A stretch of DNA of 64,000 nt from a bacterium. GTDB taxonomy: Bacteria > JAHJDO01. Below the pieces are notes generated by a model. That model ran no database searches. It was not told the DNA's origin and worked only from the letters and a program-made list of their open reading frames with translations. Each line of letters starts with the position of its first letter. Position 1 is the first letter of the stretch. Position numbers and translations under genes: made by a program. Shown here one piece after another: positions 57,101 through 64,000 of the stretch. The stretch spans positions 1-64,000 of the forward strand of contig JBDRTG010000043.1 in the NCBI GenBank assembly GCA_043824255.1, written 5' to 3'.

Positions 57101-59867
57101 TTTTCAACCTACAGCAAGTGATCCTGGTGGTACTATTGTCAATTACTTGTGGGATTTTGGTGACTGTACGTATTCTAACCAGGCAGTACCACCTCCCCAT
57201 GTGTATACTTTAAACAATAATTACCTGGTAAGACTCACAGTAACTGATAATGATGGAAATGAGGTTACTGTCCGAAAAACAGTTTCATTTCAAAGTGGCT
57301 CAGGAAGGCTTTATGGCGACGGAAATGAATACAAGGATATTGCCGTTATTCAGGATTTGTTAATAGGCGGTTATTACACCTACTCAGTAGATCCTGATAA
57401 ATTTGGAGAAGAATGTGGAAGAACTGGTGTTCCTATATATTTCAGAGGACCGGATGGCAATAGTGATGGGAACGGTGTAGCTAATGCGCATGGTGATCTG
57501 ACAGACGGGAATTTTGGATATGCCGAAGATGAGGGAGTCATGTGGTCTGGTAGCATTGGCCCGGAAATCACATTTGACCTTCAGGGGAAATATGCGCTGA
57601 ATAATATTGAGATCTGGCAGGATCCAGTATACGATTTTGAATCTGTTACCTGCTATTTGAGCCAGGATGGTATTGCCTGGGATGAAATTGGCGCTTTCGA
57701 TTCTGATGGATTAAATAAAGTACGTCTTGACCTTAGGAACCATTCAGCCAGAAAGATAAAATTATCTTTCGAGAATTCTGCCGGTTCATCAAATGCCTAT
57801 TTAGCTGAAGTCCAGATATGGGGGACACCCTTTGAAGAAAGCTTGATGGATTGGGTGGATGATTTCGAATACAGTACTTCTCCTGAAGAACATGGCTGGC
57901 AGATTAACTGTGGCAGCGGAACTTTGAGTACTGAATATGATGATTTTCTGAATAGTAATGTAATGAGAGTTGACTCTTCTCAGGGCTGGAATTTTGGCAT
58001 AATCAGAAGGCCAACTGATGATCCTGAAAAAAATTATGCAGACCTTGAGAAAAGATATCTCTCATATACTGTTAAATCAGAGGGAACCGTGTGGGTGTAT
58101 GTATTGGTTCATGGAGATGATAATCAATGGTATTATTTGGTATATAGGCCTTCAGAGGGTGATGATTATGTAGGGGGAATGTATGTGTATTACAGTCTTC
58201 CAATAGTTTATGAGGGCAATCAAAATTGGAATACTATAAGTAGGGATTTGGACAAAGATCTTTTCACTGCAACAGGAAAGCACCTTAAAGATGTAGGATT
58301 TGTGCTTATCCGGGGTGGAAATTACTGTCTGGATGAGTTGACATTCAGTTCTTCAGCTCCGCCGACCTTGGGCTGGGGACTTTTAAAAGATAGTGTTTTA
58401 AGTTCTGATGGGTCCATGCTTAAGGTTATGGATTATGAGTTGGAACGGGAAGTAATAAAAGTTCATTCAGATGACTGGAGTTTATTTGCAATAAGGAGCG
58501 ATAAAGAAACCGGTATAAATAAGAAATGGGCTCATTTTAATTTTAAAACAACTTCGGGTATAGAATTTAGAATTTTGGTAAAAGGTTCTGATAACAGATG
58601 GTATTATCTTAGTTATCCTCCACTCACAGGAAGCTATCAAGTTGAAGAAATTGTTAACGAGACTGGCAGCTGTAGGACTGTATATCACTATCTTGGAGAG
58701 GATCTAAAAAATGGGAAATGGGTTGATGTGTATAGGGATCTTGACAGAGACTTATATGTTGCCTGGGGTGTCCATCTTGAAGAGGTATCCAACGTCCTTA
58801 TTAGAGGCGGCAGTATCTACCTGAATCTGGCAGAATTCAGTGAAGAGCCGTTTAATGAAATACAAATACCCTTGAATTATGGATGGAGTATTTCCCAAGG
58901 TGAAGGGACAGTGGAGTCTGTTTACGATTCTGATATTCAAAGCCAGGTAATGAGAGTTAACTCTGCTGATGGCTGGAACTTCCAGATTATGGGACCACAA
59001 ATAAATGCAGGTTATCCTAATATAGATGCAAGGTATTTATCATTTATGATAAAAATGCCGGAAAGAGCATCAGGAGAGACAACATGGATATATGCGTATG
59101 TATATGGAGAAGACAATCTGCCATATTGCCTGATTTACCGCCCGGAAGATGGCGAATGCCATGTAGGTGGTGATGGTAAGACAATCTACCATAACATTGG
59201 GAGCGACTTAGAAAATAACAAGTGGCACTACGTTATGCGAAATCTGGATAGAGACCTTCAGGAAGGCGTGGGGGTGAATGTAAAAGAGGTTCGGTGTTTT
59301 GTTATGAGGGGAGGAGGGTATTCCCTGGATAATCTAATTCTTTATAAAGATGCTCCTCCGGAAATTTCTATTCCTTTATCAGCCGGTGATTGGCGGAGTC
59401 CTAATCAGTTTCCCTGGACTGGAGATGGTGAATTTACAAACCATTACGATACTGAGCTAGGCAGGCAGGTATTACAGATAAATTCTGCTGGTGGGGAGAA
59501 TTGGTGGCAGAATTGGTACTGTTTGTCACTATATCCAAAAGTAGGCTATTTAGACGTTACGAAAAACAATGTTAAACTTAATTTAAAAAGTGAATTGGCA
59601 GTTGGATTAAGGTTCTATATCCGTGGAGTAGATGCAACACTCTACCAGATAATATATATTACTGGAGATGGAGTAGATTCAATAAATGGGACTACAGCTT
59701 ATACATATCTCGGCTCAGAGTTCAAAGATGGGAATTGGCATGAGATATCGCTCAATCTGGAAAATGACCTTTATGAAAAATTTGGACAGCATTTGAGAGA
59801 GACTATTCTCATTGGTATTCACGGTGCGAATGTAGAAATAGGTAATTACAAATTTTTTAATTATTAA
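54192..59867 (+). CDS. 1891-aa secreted multidomain protein: putative TIM-barrel hydrolase, Ig-like region, four PKD domains, F5/8-like domain, four ~160-aa repeats
   Basis: Signal peptide; PKD WDF motifs; YLSQDG..W; four RDLxxDL repeats; paralogous to 1..4109. Confidence 0.85.
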   Translation: MRRGMYMRVVILFCLGLLLLSGFGLSQLQAEDNAIMCFETGWSDFGNSRALERFKEAKCHFNYPNIIHWGWVSGQDIDYTQKVEPELLLKDNFRLNYLYQNHIQIIARLMAVFANPFSFQISPSMRTANLTFDQWRELWLENYAKPLVQSCYENGIYIIDLTQEVCWYDHSWLGPKGPFRDDDTWHPFTTLNSAIYDPNLTVGEFKPKFHDTMQRLYTWKNANFPKVIFGSSMSVFTTVGDAAKLTTYLNDCIDWMGTDVAGHINYQPDPAYPCGTWEDHYLHTFVPVIEDPTSVSWATAIFESYGWKNGSEDYYGPPGTPYADKKCYSYGSFQDAMDTVVAYDGGNNYLKLLINSSWVAKFSECYTHNNPCTPLSYANDLGALPPWDPAQLPFPYNYTLAPIYNRWGDTAPHPSDDPIYSSFAYIRDVMHADSNTYWDNSPSTPLVVNREDIRVIPDEGKIYIRMRNLCAPDAISSNIHVYQTPQGVTPWDRSTYIKATPENVRNSLQQAYEIAFIPAGSFSVPGNGNLDTENNVVELEVSSSVPLENGKDIHVYIEDSDTVKGWTAYNDIPVCNNFDIDGNGYYKFDFYPAGISIGNIYLRARARDIFGACSKYTDALEVEKQYKLNLTCNASDNDGINEIEYQYSDDGITWYDVSRQNYYCLTANDKEFKRNSRFAPDTTDMGHYPVIESVSGTPLKGVVPLSVNFNVVASDPVGTITSIEWDFNRDGTIDATGESVSWTFTQVGVYNSLVKVTNNETFSSFGEIEVEALDGSPIAEISADPESGSAPLTVQFQGSGIDYDGTIVSYEWDFTSDGVIDSTQQNPTFIYTQIGNYTARLTVTDNSSLIGSATVSIKAVDPGAVASCTIIASITEGDAPLSVDFSADISGGTVSSYAWDFDNNGVIDSTEAAPSYEYTSSRLYTAKLTVTDTTSHEVTDYEYIVVKAVGLPVADFTFSPDGGVAPLEVSFQPTASDPGGTIVNYLWDFGDCTYSNQAVPPPHVYTLNNNYLVRLTVTDNDGNEVTVRKTVSFQSGSGRLYGDGNEYKDIAVIQDLLIGGYYTYSVDPDKFGEECGRTGVPIYFRGPDGNSDGNGVANAHGDLTDGNFGYAEDEGVMWSGSIGPEITFDLQGKYALNNIEIWQDPVYDFESVTCYLSQDGIAWDEIGAFDSDGLNKVRLDLRNHSARKIKLSFENSAGSSNAYLAEVQIWGTPFEESLMDWVDDFEYSTSPEEHGWQINCGSGTLSTEYDDFLNSNVMRVDSSQGWNFGIIRRPTDDPEKNYADLEKRYLSYTVKSEGTVWVYVLVHGDDNQWYYLVYRPSEGDDYVGGMYVYYSLPIVYEGNQNWNTISRDLDKDLFTATGKHLKDVGFVLIRGGNYCLDELTFSSSAPPTLGWGLLKDSVLSSDGSMLKVMDYELEREVIKVHSDDWSLFAIRSDKETGINKKWAHFNFKTTSGIEFRILVKGSDNRWYYLSYPPLTGSYQVEEIVNETGSCRTVYHYLGEDLKNGKWVDVYRDLDRDLYVAWGVHLEEVSNVLIRGGSIYLNLAEFSEEPFNEIQIPLNYGWSISQGEGTVESVYDSDIQSQVMRVNSADGWNFQIMGPQINAGYPNIDARYLSFMIKMPERASGETTWIYAYVYGEDNLPYCLIYRPEDGECHVGGDGKTIYHNIGSDLENNKWHYVMRNLDRDLQEGVGVNVKEVRCFVMRGGGYSLDNLILYKDAPPEISIPLSAGDWRSPNQFPWTGDGEFTNHYDTELGRQVLQINSAGGENWWQNWYCLSLYPKVGYLDVTKNNVKLNLKSELAVGLRFYIRGVDATLYQIIYITGDGVDSINGTTAYTYLGSEFKDGNWHEISLNLENDLYEKFGQHLRETILIGIHGANVEIGNYKFFNY

Positions 59868-59882
59868 AAATGGAGGTGTAAG

Positions 59883-60500
59883 ATGAGAAAAGGTATGTTT
59901 GTTGGGTTAGTTATTTTGGCTGTTTGTAGTTATTTAAGTTCAGCTCAGGCAGAGAATCTTATCATAAATGGGAGTTTTGAGGAGATATCAGAGAAGACCG
60001 GTTTGCCGGTGGACTGGGGATTTAGCCCCCCAACAAGTACTTATGGTAAGGTAGACGATACGACATCGGTGGATGGTAAGTATTCGGTCAAGGTTACTGT
60101 TCCTCCAGATGCGCTGGGAGTATATATTTTTCATCAACGTAATCCTAAGATTTCCATTCCTGCCGGCACCCGTATAAAATTATCCGGCTGGAGTAAGGTG
60201 GACAATTACATAAAGGGCAAATGGCAGAAAGATAAATTTCCACGTCATGCAATTGCGCTAGCTATCCAACTTGCCGATGGTTCCAGAAAGTATCCAGAGG
60301 TCTCCTTTTCCTCTTCTGAGGAATGGGAATATAAAGAGCAGTTTTACACGTTTGATAAGGAAGTTACTGCTATCAGTTATGTCTATCTATGCCATTACTA
60401 CAGTTCAGGCACAGTCTGGTACGATGATATCTATTTTGGGCCTGTAGAGGAAGTAGATGTAAAGCTTCCAAAAACCGATTCCGCCACTTTACTTGGATGA
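59883..60500 (+). CDS. Secreted CBM4/9-like protein; truncated paralog of the gene at 61538
   Basis: Signal peptide; NLIINGSFEE...W...GTVWYDDI; ends at PKTDSATLLG where the paralog continues PKTNLAPILDG. Confidence 0.8.
   Translation: MRKGMFVGLVILAVCSYLSSAQAENLIINGSFEEISEKTGLPVDWGFSPPTSTYGKVDDTTSVDGKYSVKVTVPPDALGVYIFHQRNPKISIPAGTRIKLSGWSKVDNYIKGKWQKDKFPRHAIALAIQLADGSRKYPEVSFSSSEEWEYKEQFYTFDKEVTAISYVYLCHYYSSGTVWYDDIYFGPVEEVDVKLPKTDSATLLG
60063..60380 (+). repeat. Near-identical direct repeat of 61721..62038
   Basis: Six mismatches counted by eye over 318 nt. Confidence 0.92.
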
Positions 60501-60589
60501 ATCACTATCTCTACTGTGCATTAGATAACCGCCATAATGGAGGAAGTAATCTTCTCTTCTGTGATGGACATGTCAAGGTGAGAGTATGA
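60497..60589 (+). pseudogene. 30-aa micro-ORF or relic consisting of the H-X9-DG pilin motif
   Basis: [30 protein letters not shown], versus [25 protein letters not shown] in 60831..61508. Confidence 0.75.
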
Positions 60590-60830
60590 TACTGACAAGT
60601 TATACAGAAACTCAAAAAAACTTAAGATTACAGTTCCTCCCAATGATGTTAGAGTTTACTTTTTACTCCAAGAAAGCGTTGATGCCGCCGCTTCTAATTA
60701 ATAATCCAAAAAATTGGCGCAGTGAGGTATTGACAAAAATCAGGTTTAGATTATAAACTTGTAACAGTTTAGTTACAAAAAGTAATGAGAGAAATTGATG
60801 ATGTGAAAAGTAGAAGGGGAAAGAAAAAAA

Positions 60831-61508
60831 ATGTTAAATAAAATAAGAAAAATTTGGGGAAGCAGAAGCTCATTCACGTTAATAGAGTTACTTGTTGTAA
60901 TAGCCATTATAGCCCTGCTTGCATCAATGCTTTTGCCAGCACTTGTAAAAGCAAGGGAAATGGGGAGGAGGATAAAATGCGTGAGCAATCTGAGGCAGGT
61001 TGGATTGGCTTTTAGAATGTATGCCGATGATTACGATGGGTGGCTCCCTAAAGTAAACTTTGGGGACTCCGTAATATGGTTTCATAAAGTTTTACCCTAT
61101 GCTGATAATAACTATAAAGTCTTTAACTGTCCTTCACAGAAGAAAGGACAGATCACTGACCCCACTGCCTATAATAACCTTATGCCTTACGGGATGAATT
61201 ACTATCTCCAATGGGAAGATGCTGACTATTTGAACCCAAGATGGCAAAAATTGGATAGTATAGCCAAGCCATCACAAATATTATTAGTGGCTGATTCAAG
61301 ATATTATGACGATGGTGGATATTTGTTTGTATACCATCGAAAAGGTTACACTCCAGCGTCATCATATTATTATCTCTGCTCTCTAGATACCAGACACAGT
61401 GGAGGAAGTAATCTTCTCTTCTGTGACGGTCATGTCAAATGGATGGATAGAACTGAAGCCGATAATACCTGGGATGAGGCAGACGAAATCTGGAGACCAT
61501 GGAGATAG
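60831..61508 (+). CDS. Prepilin-type N-terminal cleavage protein with H-X9-DG motif (DUF1559-like)
   Basis: [32 protein letters not shown]....[26 protein letters not shown]. Confidence 0.93.
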   Translation: MLNKIRKIWGSRSSFTLIELLVVIAIIALLASMLLPALVKAREMGRRIKCVSNLRQVGLAFRMYADDYDGWLPKVNFGDSVIWFHKVLPYADNNYKVFNCPSQKKGQITDPTAYNNLMPYGMNYYLQWEDADYLNPRWQKLDSIAKPSQILLVADSRYYDDGGYLFVYHRKGYTPASSYYYLCSLDTRHSGGSNLLFCDGHVKWMDRTEADNTWDEADEIWRPWR

Positions 61509-61537
61509 AGAAATATAAAATAAAATGGAGGTGTGAG

Positions 61538-64000
61538 ATGAGAAAGAAGATGTTTGTTGGGTTGGTTGTTTTTTTGGCTGTTTGTAGTTATTTAAGTTCA
61601 GTTCAGGCAGAGAATCTTATCATAAACAGCAGTTTCGAGGAGATATCAGAAAAGACCGGTTTGCCAGTTGGGTGGAATTTTTCTCCTCCAAAAAGTGATG
61701 CTGGACAGGTGGATAACACTACATCGGTGGATGGTAAGTATTCGGTCAAGATTACTGTTCCTCCAGATGCGCTGGGAGTATATCTGTTTCATCAACGTAA
61801 TCCTAAGATTTCCATTCCTGCCGGCACCCGTATAAAATTATCCGGCTGGAGTAAGGTGGACAATTACATAAAGGGCAAATGGCAGGAAGATAAATTTCCA
61901 CGTCATGCAATTGCGCTAGCTATCCAACTTGCCGATGGTTCCAGAAAGTATCCCGAAGTCTCCTTTTCCTCTTCTGAGGAATGGGAATATAAAGAGCAGT
62001 TTTACACGTTTGATAAGGAAGTTACTGCTATCAGTTATATCTACCTGTGCGACTACTATAGCTCAGGCACAGTCTGGTACGATGATATCTATTTTGGTCC
62101 CGTAGAAGAAGCAGAAGAGGACAAACACCCTTTAGTAAGGATACCTAAAACTAATTTAGCTCCAATTCTTGATGGAAATCTTGATGATACCTGTTGGCAG
62201 GAAGCAGCAGTCCTCTCTGGCTTTACTCTTTTAGGGGAAAAAAGTTTTCCCTCTAATAAAACCTTGACCTATCTGACCTATGATGACAAGAATCTCTATA
62301 TTGCCACTCGTTGTTATGAGAAGATACTTGATCCTGTGCAGCAGCAGCTATACAAGTTTAAAGCCAATGTAAAAGAGAGAGATGGCTCAGTCTTTAGCGA
62401 TGACTGTGTGGAACTGTTTATCTCATCAAGCGAAAGGCAAGGATATTCCCATCTTGCCTTTAATTCCCTGGCAACACAATATGATGGTTTTAAATTTGAT
62501 AAAACATGGAATGGGCAGTGGAAGGTGGCAACTTCTGTTGGGGGAGATTCATGGAAAGCAGAGGTTTCTATTCCTTTTTCAGAAATAGGTATCAAACCAG
62601 AAGATGGCAGTAAATTTAGATTAAATGTATGTCGTGAGGAAAAACCATTTTCTGAGAATAGCAGCTGGTCACCAATAAAAGCAGGATTTCATGAGCCGGA
62701 TAGTTTTGGGATGGGGGTGCTGTATTCAAAAAGTCTTCAAATTGTTCCCCAAGACTTCCCAAAAGCAACTATAGGTCTTGGCAAACAATCTATTACCTTT
62801 AAGGTCAATAATCCGCACTTATCCTTAAATCTTAAGCTAAATGCCAATATTTACAAAAAAGAAAAAGTCATCCTCTTTTCCCAATCATATGACATTCCTG
62901 CCCAGACTACTTATCCCATTGAGTTTCCCGTTGTGCTAAAGGAACCAGGCACATATCAAATCTCTTTCTCGCTTTTCGATAAGGCAAAAGGAGTTCTGCT
63001 CTATCGAAGTCCTGAATATTCTGTTTCCAGTGATATGCTTTTAAAAGCTTCTTCCCAAATCTCATTTCCTGGTGAAGTTGAATTCTGGGTAAATGAAAAT
63101 CGTATTTTAGAAAAAGAATTCTATCTAAAGAAGGGTATTAACGTCCTCTGTTATAAGGCTAAGAAGAAAGATTTATCCGATAAGGGTATTAAAGGACTGA
63201 CAAAGGTTCAGGAGAGTTCCTTTTCTCCAGGGGAAGAAATAAAACTTGATAATTGTTGGAAGGTTTCAGCAATAACAGAACCTGATTGGCAGAAGGATGA
63301 TTTTGATGATCGGAAATGGGACTATGCTGTCATCCAGGAAGATGGTTCAATATGGGCTTCAGATACGTCTAAGAGTGAAATATTTTTAAGGCGGATAATT
63401 CTAGCAAAAGAGAGCAATTTCTGGCCAATAAATATAGAAAATGGATTATATATTGCCAAGGGAACAGCACAGCATCTTCCTCTAGTAGTTACCAGCCCGA
63501 TGAAATATAAAATGAAAGATTTAAGTTTCAGCATTCAAACGCCCGTAGAGATTGAACTAATTCCTGGGAATAAAGCAGAAATTAAAGGAGGAAAATATTA
63601 CGAGTATTTCAAACGTGTTGGGCTTGAAGATATTGAGAAGAAAGAGATTACTAAAAATAAAAAGAACTATAATCTTTATACCTTTCGCTTCAAAGATACC
63701 CCCCCATTTACTGGCACAGGTTACGAAGTAAGGAAACATTTATTTGGTTTAATTTTAAACTTGTCCGATAAAGTTTCTTCAGATAATTCTAATATCTATT
63801 TTCGTTTTCAAGGGCAGGAAGATAATAAAAACATTACTGAGGTCTGGAATAAAATTCCTGTATATTATTTGCCTCCACTTTTGAATAAAAGGCCCAAAGA
63901 ATTAGAGATTCAACTCTGGTATGCATTCGTTACAAGCTTCCATAAGACTGGAATTCAGGAATTGTTCAAAACCTGGCATCAGGCAGGATTTAATACTTAC
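61538..64000 (+). CDS. 3'-partial large secreted protein: CBM4/9-like, CBM9/DOMON-like and further domains (absent from the ORF track, consistent with having no stop in the window)
   Basis: ATG after GGAGGTG; MRKKMFVGLVV...ENLIINSSFEE; APILDGNLDD..W, YDDKNLYIA, DDCVELFI, WKAEVSIPF, RLNVCRE; last codons read QAGFNTY. Confidence 0.85.
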   Translation, partial: MRKKMFVGLVVFLAVCSYLSSVQAENLIINSSFEEISEKTGLPVGWNFSPPKSDAGQVDNTTSVDGKYSVKITVPPDALGVYLFHQRNPKISIPAGTRIKLSGWSKVDNYIKGKWQEDKFPRHAIALAIQLADGSRKYPEVSFSSSEEWEYKEQFYTFDKEVTAISYIYLCDYYSSGTVWYDDIYFGPVEEAEEDKHPLVRIPKTNLAPILDGNLDDTCWQEAAVLSGFTLLGEKSFPSNKTLTYLTYDDKNLYIATRCYEKILDPVQQQLYKFKANVKERDGSVFSDDCVELFISSSERQGYSHLAFNSLATQYDGFKFDKTWNGQWKVATSVGGDSWKAEVSIPFSEIGIKPEDGSKFRLNVCREEKPFSENSSWSPIKAGFHEPDSFGMGVLYSKSLQIVPQDFPKATIGLGKQSITFKVNNPHLSLNLKLNANIYKKEKVILFSQSYDIPAQTTYPIEFPVVLKEPGTYQISFSLFDKAKGVLLYRSPEYSVSSDMLLKASSQISFPGEVEFWVNENRILEKEFYLKKGINVLCYKAKKKDLSDKGIKGLTKVQESSFSPGEEIKLDNCWKVSAITEPDWQKDDFDDRKWDYAVIQEDGSIWASDTSKSEIFLRRIILAKESNFWPINIENGLYIAKGTAQHLPLVVTSPMKYKMKDLSFSIQTPVEIELIPGNKAEIKGGKYYEYFKRVGLEDIEKKEITKNKKNYNLYTFRFKDTPPFTGTGYEVRKHLFGLILNLSDKVSSDNSNIYFRFQGQEDNKNITEVWNKIPVYYLPPLLNKRPKELEIQLWYAFVTSFHKTGIQELFKTWHQAGFNTY

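Noticed and set aside
59883..62110. Diversity-generating retroelement TR/VR pair (CBM repeats or H-X9-DG copies)
   Set aside because: Mismatches are not confined to adenines of one copy and no reverse transcriptase gene is in the window.
62314..63739. Short ORFs listed in the last 2 kb
   Set aside because: They overlap the long plus-strand frame 61538..>64000, which has clear CBM/CBM9 motifs.
1..64000. CRISPR array, rRNA, IS/transposase, integrase or prophage genes
   Set aside because: No regularly spaced repeat-spacer array, no rRNA-like sequence and no ORF with recognisable recombinase or phage motifs.

Overview
AT-rich bacterial chromosomal segment using the standard genetic code. LPS genes, PilZ domains, H-X9-DG pilin-like genes and a His-type Thi4 suggest an anaerobic diderm, plausibly PVC-related; this placement is inference only. 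The core (about 9.7-53 kb) is housekeeping: ftsK-dut-pnp-thrS-tRNA-Val, apbE-ymdB-rny-yhaM-trpF, an HpsN-like/SDR cluster, topA-dprA, leuS, a TPP-riboswitch thi4-thiC-thiL operon, an LPS/glycosyltransferase region with PAS-LuxR, EIIA-PilZ and PilZ genes, cca, pcrA and yjbQ. Each end carries a related carbohydrate-type island encoding a paralogous giant protein (PKD repeats, an F5/8-like domain and four copies of a ~160-aa domain I cannot assign). The left copy has a 2-nt frameshift and an added LamG domain. The right island (AraC, giant putative hydrolase, CBM protein, H-X9-DG pilin-like gene, CBM/CBM9 protein) looks like a pilin-associated polysaccharide-utilization locus. It shows signs of cassette duplication, gene conversion and decay, and is my best candidate for an undescribed system. 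Other signals: several apparently leaderless genes (including a divergent pair sharing one palindromic -35), a G7 frameshift in the hpsN-like gene, and short tandem repeats embedded in essential genes. I saw no rRNA, CRISPR array, transposase, integrase or reverse transcriptase.
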